DNA from: Octopus vulgaris
Lineage: Eukaryota
NCBI GenBank assembly: GCA_951406725.2
Contig: OX597840.1
Span: 37,324,001-37,388,000, forward strand
Reading direction: 5' to 3'
DNA: 64,000 nt
Below are positions 41,726 to 54,859 of the stretch, piece after piece. The notes under the pieces were generated by a model. That model saw nothing but the letters and a program-made list of their open reading frames with translations. It searched no databases and was not told where the DNA came from. The first letter of the stretch is position 1. The number at the start of each line of letters is the position of its first letter. The position numbers were made by a program, and so were the translations under genes.

Positions 41726-41729
<4 letters not shown>
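40945..41729 (-). mobile_element. Possible decayed Penelope-like relic with two internal direct repeats
   Basis: Repeats 40945-41003/41153-41210 and 41321-41374/41676-41729. Minus-strand LSFFD...WQKSLT weakly resembles the PLE LPFLD...YRKPT motif. Confidence 0.35.
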
Positions 41730-41759
<30 letters not shown>

Positions 41760-42482
41760 ATAATATATAATATTAGGGTAATAAGAATTATAGAGATTAT
41801 TATTAACAGTGGCCTAGCACAAAAATATAGTCAATAGACTATATATTATTCACATAAAATGTACACGAAATATATATATATATATATATATATATACTTT
41901 TATCTGTTTTAGTCATTTGACTGTGGCCATGCTGGAGCACCGCTTGACATTATATATATATCGACAAACGGACAAACGATAAGAGAGTAACAGACACAAA
42001 ATGAGCAAGAACGGTTTGAGAATGAAGAAGACAATGAAATTCATCGTAAAAGAATGCAATGAAAATTGGTGCATTTAAAATGGTCGGCATGTTCGCCAGT
42101 TAGCAAAGTCAGTCGATTTTTTACAACACTTAATTGGCCAAAAGAGAATACTTGTAAATCCATCGAAGAGTATAAACAGTTTAATAGATTTTTACGATTT
42201 AAATAAATTCTATTTTCACTTGAGCCGAAAGAAGTGTGTCACTGCCAAAGTCTTGGCTTCGATACAAGAACGAATGAGATCTTCTCAAATGGATGGAATT
42301 AAAATTAGTGAGTGGACGCTGTGGGCTGAATGGGTGTCTGTGTAGGGGAGATATTGGTAGCGTAAGTGTGTCTATTTATGTGTGTGATAGGTTTGTGTAT
42401 GTATCTATGTATTTGTGTATGTGTCGATATATGGGTTTATATATACATACATATATATATATGTGTGTGTGTGTGTCAGCTG

Positions 42483-42521
<39 letters not shown>

Positions 42522-42602
42522 GCATATACTCACACACACACACAAACGCAATGTAGCAAATGCATTAATGTGTATATATCTCCACATAGTCCGACATGAA
42601 AT

Positions 42603-42657
<55 letters not shown>

Positions 42658-43139
42658 ATGTCTATATGTACCTATGTGTGTGCGTGTATGCATATATATT
42701 CATATATCATGCATTGAGGGCGGGAGAATTAGAGAGAATGTAACGTAATATCTACTCACATTGATCTGATTAAAGATGCTTAAATTACGAGTCTTGTTTC
42801 CTTTATATATTATCATTGCTCAGCTGCAGGTCAACCCTGATGGAAAAGTTATTACCGAAGAAAACCACGTATTTTATTCAGACTTAATTCCATCCGCGAC
42901 GAATCTGTGTAATGAGTTCTTACAGACGCTGCGATGTAATTTGGTAAATAGCTTTGGAAACTAAGCGAACCGCCAAGAAAAACGAAGATTGTCTTATCTA
43001 CTTGGATAGATCGTGAATTGAGTTTCATCTGGTTGCTATTTTTAGTAGACCCAATAGCCAAGCCCGTTTTGAATCTTGTTAAAGAATATTATCATTATTC
43101 TGTTTTGATACAGCAGTTGCTTAATGGATACGTATCGGT

Positions 43140-43560
43140 TCTAGTAGAAGGCACTTGTCTAAGGTGCCAAGTAATGGGACTGAACCGAGAACCCTGTGGC
43201 TTACCACACAGCCACCCCTGCTCCTATATCTTTTAGCTTTCTTTTATTTATTTCAATCATTTGGCTGCGGCCATGCTGGAGGACCACCATTAAGGGTTTT
43301 AGTCGAACCAATCGACTCTAGCACTTAATTTTTGAAGCTTAGTACTTATTCTATCGTGTCCTTTTGCCGAACCGCTAGGTAACGGATGCGTAAACACACC
43401 GATAGCAGTTGTCAAACTTTGTTGGGACACACACACGACGGGCTTCTTCCAGGTTCCGTCTACCAAATTTGATCGGCCCGTGGTTTATAGTAGACGACAA
43501 TTGCCCAAGTTTCCCCGCAGTGGGATTGAACTCGGAACCAAGTGTTTACAAAGCAAGCTT
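43140..43560 (-). mobile_element. SINE family B, two adjacent partial copies
   Basis: Head fragment 43140-43220 followed by tail, body and a second head fragment. Confidence 0.8.
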
Positions 43561-44229
43561 ATCTGCCGAACACTTGAAATCTTGTGAGTTTAATTCAGTT
43601 GGCGGAAAGTGTGTGAAACCTGTGTCAAGGATTGTTCTCGGTTTTTCGAAATAACCTTACTCCTCTGCCCTGTTTAACGTTTCTACTTCTCACCTGGTTG
43701 CTTTCAAAGGTCCCAAACCTGTTGCAAACATTCGTGTTTCGTCTCCAGCCTCAGTGTAAGTTCGTCCTTTTCGCTCACCAGTGGTGGAGGTCATGGAAAG
43801 TGTCTGAGGCATCGCCCTTTATATTGTAACTGATCCACTGTTTAATGAAAAAGAATTTTGGCGTTGATGACTGTGATGTCAGTAATTAAATGAGGTAATT
43901 GTTTTATAAACATTTGATGTGTTGAGTCCATGTTTACAACATGGCTATCAAGTCGTGTTTAAATGTTAAGGGAGGGTGACGCATCGAGAGACACACAGAC
44001 AGAGAAAGACAGAAAAAGGTAAAGAGCGGCAGGGGGAGGAGGACAATAAATTACGGGTTTTCATCTTGGAATCTTGGACAATTACAGAAAAGAAAGAGAA
44101 AATGGGAGGATGTGTGTGTGGTTGGGGTGGTGGTGCTTGCGCGTAAAACAAAGCAGGAGGAGCCAGAGAGATTTCAGATTCTCACTCTGGATAATTATGA
44201 GAGTGAATGTGAGGGGGAAATCATATGGT

Positions 44230-44580
44230 TGAGAGAGAGAGAGAAAGAGGGAGGGATAAAGTGTGTCGAGAGAGAGAGACAGACAGACAGACAGAGAGGG
44301 AGAGAGAGAGACAGAGAGAGAGAGACAGAGAGGGAGAGAGTGTGTCGAGAAAGAGAGAGACAGAGAGGGAGAGAGTGTGTCGAGAAAGAGAGAGACAGAG
44401 AGGGAGAGAGTGTGTCGATAGAGAGAGAGAGAGAGACAGAGAGGGAAAGAGTGTGTCGAGAGAGAGAGAGACAGAGGGAGAAAGTGTGTCGAGAGAGAGA
44501 GACAGAGAGAGAGTGTGTCGAGAAAGAGAGAGAGACAGAGAAGGAGAGAGTGTGTCGAGAGAGAGAATGTGTGTCGAATT
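44230..44580. repeat. (GA)n-derived minisatellite with GTGTGTCGA spacer, ~30-40 bp units
   Basis: GTGTGTCGA recurs about nine times. Confidence 0.92.
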
Positions 44581-44954
44581 ACATGTCAGCTACGGCAATT
44601 ATGAAAGATAATGTGAATGTATTGCGCGTGCGCATGTGTGCGTGTGCGCAGTTTTACGAATATATATTTGTGAGTGAGAGAGAAAGAGAGCGGAAGAGAG
44701 AGAGAGAGAGAGAGAAATGATTATGAAAAAGGTAGAGACCACAAGATGTCAGCTCGACCAATTATGAGCAATATTCAGCTTGATGGAACTAATTCTCTGC
44801 AGACATATCAGGTTTCAGATTCAACAAACGGAATCGAAACCCAAAACACAGAAAACAATTCTTTTCTTTTTTTTAAATGAACCAACAAAATCCGTAAATG
44901 GTAAAAATTAACAGCGAAATTTTAAATTAAATCGCTCAGCATCGTTCTGTATCT

Positions 44955-45290
44955 AAGAAGAAGAAGAAGAATGAGGAGGAGAGAAGGAGAAGAAGGAGAA
45001 GAAGAAGAAGAAGGAAGAGGGAAGAAAAAGAAGAAAAGAATAGAAGAAGAAGAATTAGAAGAAGGAGGAGGAAGAAGATGAAGGAAGAGGGGAGAAAAAG
45101 AAGAACAAAAGAAAAGAAGAATTAGAAGAAGAAGGAGGAGGAAGAAGAAAAAGGAAGAGGGGAGAAAAAGAAGAACAAAAGAAAAGAAGAAGATTTAGAA
45201 GAAGAATTAGAAGAAGAAGGAAGAGGGGAGAAGAAGAAAAGAAAAGAAGAAGAAGAATTAGAAGAAGAAGAAGGAGGAGGAGGGGTGAAG
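44955..45290. repeat. Polypurine (GAA/GGA) tract with ~65-bp higher-order repeats
   Basis: Nearly all A/G on the + strand; GGAAGAGGGGAGAAAAAGAAGAACAAAAGAAAAGAAGA is repeated. Confidence 0.93.
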
Positions 45291-45755
45291 GACACGTAAC
45301 GGTCCTTCAGTCAGGGCCACGGAAAACTAAGATGGTAGTATATGAAACAGGTGTTATTCTCATTGATCGGATAAGCAAGAATTAAATGTCCGCAAGAGAA
45401 ACGAAATCATTTTAGAACGTGACTGAGTTAAAGCAGACATAGCAGTTAAATCTCCCGCAATGTCTCACCGGGAAATTCATTTCAGGCAGAGAGAACATAA
45501 TTTATGATGTAGTCCGAAATACACTATGCCTAAAATTTATATGTTTTATATGTTGGATGTGGGGTGAATGCAACTATGTAAAGCTGTGTGCAAACCCGTC
45601 GTATATATATCAAAAAGAAGTGTTATAATAGTATTCGACATATACAAATCAGCCGTACCAACAATCCAACATACCCCCATCATCGGCTGCCCCACGGATA
45701 TCATTATGGTTTCGACACTTGCACAGTCTCATTCAATCCGCCAGTGTCAACTGCT

Positions 45756-45831
<76 letters not shown>

Positions 45832-47423
45832 GTATATGTGTGTATGTGTGTTTGTAAGTGAGTGTGAGTTTACCCTCCCCACTCATTGACAACAGCTGTT
45901 GCTTTGTTTACGTTCCTGTAGCATAGTGATTCAGGGAAAATGACTGACAGCATATGTACCACACTTCAAAATAAATATGCTGTCGATTTTTTCCGAATAA
46001 TCTTTGGAAGAAACCTGTCACATGACTGAAACTAGTAAAACAAAGATAAAAGATATCGTAAACGTCCCCTGGTCTACGGTGCTCTGTAGTCGAATTGAAA
46101 CCGCAACCAGGTAAGTGTTACAGTTTACTTCTTAACACAATTATGCCTATGCTCCGTCGTATAATCAAATCTGGCCGAGACTGATAATTATGCTCGAAAA
46201 CTTTGGCAAGTTTAGGGGAGGGGTTAAGTCGATTACACCTGGTACTTTTTTTATCGACCTCGGAGCGGATGTAAACTCAAGTCGACCTGGGTGGAATGTG
46301 AACTCAGAACGTAAAAAACTGACGAAATATAACTAAGAATTTTGCCCTGCCGGCTAACGATGCTGCATTAGAAAATAATAAGATTGAGAATAATATCTAG
46401 CAGTCATATAAGGGGGTTGATGATAATTGACTAAACCGATTCCTTCTGGTTCCATTTTCAGACTTCTCTTAAAGTGTAATGAAAATTACGTGAAAAATGG
46501 AAAGTTTCTTGAGAAGATTCGATCTCAGAGAATTCCGCAAGCTATGCAAAATAAAAGGTATCTCTACGTGGTTCTTGGGTTTGTTAGTCAAAGCCTGTCA
46601 CATTCGATAATGTAGTCCTAGATACACCTCATGTGAATAAAATTAATTTTGATTTCGTTCGGTAGAATTCTTTTGATCTGAGGTCTCCTTCATCAGGACC
46701 CGAGAAGTGCTAGTGATAGCAACCAAATCTCCTTTAATCACACACATGAAACATCGTATCATGTTTGAGGCGGGAAAAACTCGATCATATTCACTGGAAT
46801 TCCTTTGATCTTAACTTTCGCCGATCAAGGTTGACCTTGGGTTAAACAAAGGAAATAGCAAGAAAAACAAGAATATCGTTTCGGTAAGATATTCTAGTTT
46901 CGGCACCAAAATTATTTTAGTTTAATTCCTTCCTAAGTTTTGTCTGTAAATGAAATAAGGGAAATCATGATAAGTTGCGTGTTGCATTGTGGTATGGCAT
47001 CGCAGTAAGATTTGGAAATGTCTCGCAGGGGAACAATTTATTGTCTTGAAGTAAAGAACGGCAATGAAATAGATCTAAAGAGTATTTTATTTCTTGGATG
47101 CTTCCTGAGATATTTCCTTGACCAAAATGCTGCTCGTGGTAGGGTGATACGGAGGGGGGTGATAAAGTGGTTTGTAGAAGTGGATTACAAGAGAGGGAGG
47201 AGAGCCATCTCAGAGGAAGCAGAGAGAAAGAAAGTATTTAAAGGAGATGCATAGAGGGGAAGGTGAGTGGGGTAGATGGAAAATAAAATACGGAGAAAGA
47301 GTGAGACAGCATGAAACGGGGGTGGAGTAGGAGTAGGCGAGGTTCAGAAAGGAGTGGAAGCAATGAGCAAAATGCGAATATAATGGTAACAAATATAATG
47401 GTACACTTTGATGCTGATATATA

Positions 47424-47492
47424 TGTGCGTGAGTGTGTGTGTGTGTGTGTGTGTGTGCGTGAGTGTGTGTGTGTGTGTGTGAGTGTGTGTGT

Positions 47493-47523
<31 letters not shown>

Positions 47524-47611
47524 CGTGAGTGTGCGTGAGTGTGTGTGAGTGTGTGTGTGTGTGTGCGTGTGCGTGTGTGTGCGTGAGTGTGCGTGTGCGT
47601 GTGCGTGTGCG

Positions 47612-47644
<33 letters not shown>

Positions 47645-47645
47645 A
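47424..47645. repeat. (TG)n tract with GC/GA interruptions
   Basis: Directly visible. Confidence 0.96.
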
Positions 47646-47765
47646 ATAAATTCACACACACACACAGATATATGTATTCTTTTCTTGGTTTACTTGTTTC
47701 AGTAATTTGACTATGGCCATGAAGGAGCACCACCTTTTATATATATATGTGTGTGTGTGTGTATT

Positions 47766-47836
<71 letters not shown>

Positions 47837-48408
47837 ATCAAAGAAATCGATAGAGATATATATAGAGAGATAGATACATAGATAAATACATAGAGAGATA
47901 GAGAGACGGATAGAGAGATAGAGAGACGGATAGAGAGAGAGAGAGACGGATAGAGAGAGAAAGAGACGGATAGAGAGAGACGGATAGAGTGATAGACGGG
48001 CAGAGAGATAGACAGACATGGAGATAGATAGATAGGGAGATAGATACGGAGAAAGAGAGATGAGATACAGAGATGAGATAGAAAGATAGAGAGAGATATA
48101 GACAGACAGAGACAGAATGAAAGAAAGAATACTGTTGAATTGAATTACAAATACATATTCGGTTCCGGTGCAAGCGCGGGGTTCATGAAGTGCCGTTATT
48201 GCCAATCGACTCTAAATAGACTTACCTGTGATTCTGAACTTGTTACACGGAACAATGGACAAATTGCGAACAGAAATAGTAGATGTCGGTATTTTCGAAA
48301 TCACAATGGTTTTGTAGTCGTATTTATTAACCATAGTAAAAGATATATTTTAAAGAAATTTAGAGCTAACTGTGTTAGCATCTAAACTATGTTCTATCCA
48401 TGTATGCG

Positions 48409-48468
<60 letters not shown>

Positions 48469-49019
48469 AGTGTAATGATTGTGTCATTGCGTACAAGATA
48501 TCGTTATGGAAATTTGGTTGAGTAAATAATTTGATAGACATGGTTATAGTTCCAAAGATGGCAGAAGGGAGAGGAAAGATGTGGGATGGAATTCGGTAGG
48601 TAGGGAATACTGGTTTTGGTGCTCTTTGAGTCTTCTTACAAAGTTTCGTTATTTTTCCATTTGTCCAAATAGTTGAAATAGAAAATGGTAAAAAAATGCA
48701 TTGGAAATATTAATAAACTCATAATTATTACTACATTGCGTTCAATAATCAATATTTGTCATCTTTAATGATTACACTGTTAGGTCTTCAACCGGCATTC
48801 GCTACTGGAATTATGTTACGGGTTTTTTTAATGAGCATACACACACGCGCACACACACACGCGCAATCACGCACAGACACGATTAAGATATACAGGTATA
48901 TATAAAATTGAATATATTTAAATATAAAACAATATGTCTCTCACTCTCTGTCTCTCTCTTTTTCTCTCACACACGTATGTATGCATATGAATTGCATGCA
49001 GCGCGACATGTGCACGTTC

Positions 49020-49195
49020 CCACGGCTCTATCGATCGCATTCCCACCTGGAATCGATTTTTGTAATTTTTTCAAGACTTTTATACACGCCATGATACCGT
49101 CGGTATCTATATATCAAATTTGAGCGCAATCGGATGGAGGATGCCCGAGATCCTAGAAGACACACACAGACTGACAGAACAGATTTTATATAATA
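49020..49195 (+). mobile_element. Helitron/Helentron-like non-autonomous element end
   Basis: CAAATTTGAGCGCAATCGGATG...CGAGATCCTAG-AAGACACACACAGAC.GACAG...TTTTATATA resembles the AAATTT...ATCGG...microsatellite...TTTATA ends of Lep1/DINE-type elements (from recall). Confidence 0.45.
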
Positions 49196-49202
49196 CGTAT
49201 AC

Positions 49203-49258
<56 letters not shown>

Positions 49259-50389
49259 CACATACTGACGTGAATACTTACATACATAGGTATTTAAGTA
49301 CATTATATAGGTGTGTGTGTGTACACAGTCGAATGAATGAAAATAGCAGGATAAATGTTGTTGTAGCCATACACGAACATATATGCCTGTACATATATCA
49401 TTGCAGAAACAGACAGAAAAAAATAACGATTGTGAGAGAGAAACAGACAAAAGGAGCGAGAGAGAGAGAGAGAGAGGGGGGGAGAGAGAAAGAGAAAGAG
49501 AGATAGAGTGAGGGAGAAGCAAAGTAGCCAATGAGGGAAAGAGAATCAGGAAAGAAATAGTTTGCGGTTTAATGAGTGTGAAGTTCTTTCGGCAAGAAAC
49601 AGCCAAGAGGGACGGGTATAGCTACAAGAATAGTTTTGGTCAGTCTTAGAGAATTGGCTTGATTAGCGCCGACATGAACGGGATGGGAAATACAATCTAG
49701 AGGGATGTTCTGAGAATTTGCTTCTAATTCCGAACTGACATCTTGCAGAATTGCGGAATAAATAATAAGGAAACAAAAACATTCTCGAAGACTTCCAGCA
49801 AAGTATTTTATAAGTTTATTGTTTATTTTATTTTTCTTCTTTCAACGCTTTTCATAAATCGATACCGAGTCGAAATCGAAGCTTGCCTGTCTGCTATACT
49901 TGAAATCACAATATTCATTTTCTGACAGTTTCGGTTTTCTGCTGTGAATTTTCTTTCTCTTTGCTTCTTCTAGAAAACCGAATTTACTTCGCTACAATTA
50001 TTTTTGAGTTGTTCAAAACCATATTTAGTCGAGTCCATTTAGTTATTAGCTGGTTGGAGCAGACTTAATGGGTCATCCATTTACGATAACACTACAACCG
50101 ATTCGCCTTCGGTTGCCACCTTTTAATAACTTCACTTTGTTCCGCTTCGGTGTTTGTCTTAATGAATTGCCTGTTTTAACTTCACGCCCCACCACTTATG
50201 TACATCATTTAGACGAGTCCATTTTGCTGAAAAGAACATCAGGACCATATTCTGCTAGAAAGACAACTGGCTTAACCGATGCATCCCTTTCTAATACAGC
50301 AATTCACCTGTCACTATTTTATCTTTCGCTTCCTTTATCACCAGCATTCATTGTAAAATATCCATTTGTAAACCCATTCGTTCTCTTCA

Positions 50390-50660
50390 AGAAAACGGTT
50401 AGCCCATCATCTCTGTATAAACCTAAAGCATGGGGGAATGTAAACAACTTGAGAGTATTGACTATAATAATTCAACGAGGTCTGCAACCTCAGCCACCTC
50501 ATAAATAAGCCTAAGAGATGAGATTTTACATAAAGGTTTGTTTTTATTTTTGACTCAGTAGAAGTCACAACGTATGAGAACCATTTCGTAGCGTTCATAA
50601 TTGTAATATGGTGGTCAGTTATCTGATTCTCTAGTTTTTGGAGATCTAGAAATTTAGGGT
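50390..50660 (-). mobile_element. Penelope-like element reverse transcriptase relic
   Basis: Frameshifted ITIMNATKWFSY..., YEVAEVADLVELL (compare YDGAEVCELVG) and LGLYRDDGLTV (catalytic YRDD), typical of Naiad/Chlamys/Hydra-type PLE RTs. Confidence 0.75.
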
Positions 50661-51489
50661 TATGAAAGTTAACAATGTGGTACTGGGTAAATTTATTGTC
50701 TCAGTGTTCACGCAAACGGGGAATCCATTGGTAACGGCTGCACTGAAATTTCACTGAAATAATCAAGGACACTTTATAAATTGACAACATGGAGGTCTGT
50801 GGTTTTTCTTTTTCTTTTAAGAGGAATGATGGAGCGCTTCATGGAGCTATCTTTAACAATCAGTCTCTTCACTGTGCAGTTTATCATTGAGTAATTTACT
50901 GAATTAACTTAGTTATATGTATCAAAAATATTAAATAGGAGCATGCTGCTTGAAACATTCAGCACTCACTTGTAGTTATCATACGCGATAAGCCAACGAC
51001 AGTCCTACGCAAGCAGTCACATCAGGTTGTCTTAACGGAATACGGGAAACAGGATAACAGCGATGATTTACAAGACGTCATGAATGACTAGCAACCCAGG
51101 CAAGAGAAAGATAACGGGGAGTTTATTATCTTCAATGAAATTTTAATGACTACGAATTCAACGAAAGCTCCGAGTTAATATAAATAAATACACGTACGAA
51201 CACAGACGTCAATACATTTACAATACGCGTTCAACACCTTCACACATATTCACACATACAGACAGATAGATCGATTGCTAGATAGATAGATAGATAGATA
51301 GATAGATGAGATAGATAGATAGAAGTATGCATATATACAGTATTTCTGTATCTACGTCTTTTGTACATATATATGAGGGCTTTATATGCATGCAAAAACC
51401 TACCTACCAACCTATCTACCTGTCTATCTATCTAAATAAATACATACACAAACGTGTGTGCTATAGACACTCAGATATGTATAATGTTT

Positions 51490-51523
51490 GCAGATATATT
51501 GTAATATGCATACATACATATAT

Positions 51524-51566
<43 letters not shown>

Positions 51567-51835
51567 AATATGTATACATACATACAGGCATACATGCATA
51601 TATATATATTGTAATATGCATACATACATACAGGCATACATACATATATATATACTGTAATATGCATACATACATACATACATAGATATATATATACTGT
51701 AATATGCATACATACATACATACATAGATATATATATTGTAATATGCATACATACATACATAGATATATATATTGTAATATGTATACATATATACATATA
51801 TATATTGTAATATACATACATACATACATATATAT
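51490..51835. repeat. Minisatellite T(A/C)TGTAATATGCATACATACATAC, ~35-45 bp units
   Basis: TGTAATAT recurs about eight times within TA/CATA repeats. Confidence 0.9.
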
Positions 51836-51887
<52 letters not shown>

Positions 51888-52397
51888 ACGATAAATACAT
51901 TATAAAGGAGACATTGACTTTTGATTCTGAGCTCAATTCAATATATCTTTTCATATCACTTTTTATGTTTCATCTTTCTATCATACAAACATACCTACGC
52001 ACTTTACACACACACACACACACACAAACGCACGCACACACACACAAACGCACCCGTTCGTCTCTGTCATGTACTTGTCACAAAGCAGTTTTCATATATT
52101 ACAGAGTAATTCCTTTCAATACTTGTCTAGAGTCTTAGAGAGTCTGTTGCGTACATCTGCGTATGTACACGTGGGGGTTTGTGTCTGTTGTGCATGGGAT
52201 GCCGTACGGGTGCGTACGTGTGTGTGTGTGTGTGTGTGTATGTGTGTGTGTGTGTGTGTGTGGCTATCAGTACTTAGCGAAAGCCACCCTATTGTCACTT
52301 TAAAGAAATATTTCATATATCAATGTTAAGTCTCCTCCTCTATACATCTGAGTGTACATGTGTGTGTGTGTGTGTGTATGTATAAATATATAAAAGC

Positions 52398-52430
<33 letters not shown>

Positions 52431-52445
52431 TATATGTATATATAC

Positions 52446-52492
<47 letters not shown>

Positions 52493-52542
52493 GTATATAT
52501 ATATATACATACATATATATATGTATATATATATATACATAC

Positions 52543-52594
<52 letters not shown>

Positions 52595-52601
52595 GTGTAT
52601 C

Positions 52602-52638
<37 letters not shown>

Positions 52639-52699
52639 CTCTATAAATATATATATATGTATATCTATATATTTGTATCTATATATCTATCTATCTATC

Positions 52700-52763
<64 letters not shown>

Positions 52764-53654
52764 CTCAGAACACATATATAGACAGGCACATACGTATATT
52801 TATATATATATATATATATATATATTTATGTACACATACATACATACATACATACACGCACATAATCGCTCGCATGCCTATGTTGAGCTATCAGGTTTCC
52901 TTCACGATAAGTCTGCAGCCATTGTACGAGACGCTGGTAATGTAGAAGACCATCACAGAAGAATTACGTCATTGGTTATTCTCTTTCCTCTTTCTTTCTC
53001 TCTGTTTTTGCTTCCATTCTTTGTCTTTTGGCTTCGTACGACTTAGTGCAGCGTTTACATTATCGTCTCCATTATCATCCTTACCACCACCACCACCACC
53101 ACCACCATCACGATCTCTGTCAGCAGAATTGTTTGAACCCCGAACAAAATGCTTAGCGTCATTTCGTCCGGCTTAATGTCCTCAGCTCATATTCCACCGA
53201 TGACCACTTCACCTGTCAACCCGTTGGGGGGGGGGGGATCGATAAATAAATAAATACTAATTAGACACTGGGGTTAATATAATCGACTTAGCCTCTCCCC
53301 AAAATTGCTGAACTTGTGGAAAATTTTGAAACGTTATTATTATTATTATTATTATATGTTTATTATTATATTATATTATTATAGCGATTGACGTAACTAT
53401 TCTGTCTAACTCTATGCATCTCCATACACACATGAATAGTACATTTAGATCTATGGTGAGAGAATATACTTCTATTCCTCTTGTTTACAGCTGTTTCATA
53501 ATCATTTTAGGTAATCGAATTTTCCTTTCACGCGAATTTTCCTTTCATCCTTTTCAAATCGATGAAATAAATAACAGTTCTGTGATTGATGTACCAAATT
53601 TTAGTCGAAAGGATTATTATTATTATTATTATTATATTTATATTTGTAGGCTTA

Positions 53655-54056
53655 GGAGAGGCTGTGTGGTAAGTAGCTTGCTTACCTATCACATAGTTCC
53701 GGGTTCAGTCCCACTGCGTGACACCTTGAGTAAGTATCTTCTACTATTGCCTTGGGCCGACCAAAGCCTTGCGAGTGGATTTCGTAGATGGAAACTGAAA
53801 GAATCCCGTCGTATATATCTATATGTGAGTGTGTGTGCGTGTGTGTGTGTGTGTGTACATGTTTGTCCCCCAAACCTCGCTTGACAACCGATGCTGGTGT
53901 GTTTACGTCCTCGTAACTAAGCGGTTCGGCAAAAGTGACCGATAGAATAAGTACTAGGCTTCCAAAGAATAAGTCCTGGAGTTGATTTGCTCGACTAATA
54001 GCGATGCTCCCGCATGGCAACAGTCAAATAACTGAAACATGTAAAATAATAAAGAG
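53655..54056 (+). mobile_element. SINE family B, near full-length reference copy (CORE-like)
   Basis: tRNA-like head GGCTGTGTGGTAAG...GGGTTCAGTCCC, CORE-like GTGACACCTTGAGTAAGT, internal (TG)n and conserved tail. Probably related to octopus OR-type CORE-SINEs (recall, unverified). Confidence 0.9.
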
Positions 54057-54288
54057 TATTATTATTATTAGCATCACCATCATTATGATTACCGTTATTT
54101 TTTATTAATGCTTGACTTAATAAGATTTTTAATAATGTTTTGAGACTATTATTTATTATACAAACGATTTGCATTATTTAATATTTGTTTTATTAATTCT
54201 TGTATATTGTGATATGTAAATATATTGTTAATAAGATAAAATATCAAGATTAATTTAATGTATAGTATTTTAGTATATTAGGTAATAT

Positions 54289-54859
54289 TTTCTACTACTC
54301 TAGGTACAAGGCCCGATATATTTGGGGTGGGGGCAAGTCGATTAGATCGATTCCAGTACGCAACTGGTACTTTATTTATTGGCCCCCAAAAGAAGGAATG
54401 CTAAATTCGACCTCGGTAGAATTTGGACTCAGAACGTAAAGGCAGACGAAATACCTATTTCTTTATTGCCCGCAAGGGGTTAAACATAGAGGGGGCAAAC
54501 AAAGAGAGACAAAGGGATTAAGTCGATTACATTGACCCAAGTGCGTAAGTGGTACTTAGTTTATCGATCCCGAAAGGATGAAAGGCAAAGTCGACCTCGG
54601 CGGGATTTCAACTCAGAACGTAGCGTCAGACGAAATACCTATTTCTTTATTGCCCGCAAGGGGCTAAACACAGAGGGGAAAAAAAGGACAGACAAACGGA
54701 TTAAGTCGATTATATTGACCCTGGTACTTATTTAATCGACCCAGAAAGGATGAAAGGCAAAGTCGACCTCGGCGGAATTTGAACTCAGAACGTAGCGGCA
54801 GACGAAATACCGCTAAGCATTTCGCTCGGCGTGCTAACGTTTCTGCCAGCTCGCCGCCT
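54289..54859 (-). mobile_element. SINE family A trimer
   Basis: One head and three bodies; ATACC junctions at 54451, 54635 and 54807. Confidence 0.93.
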
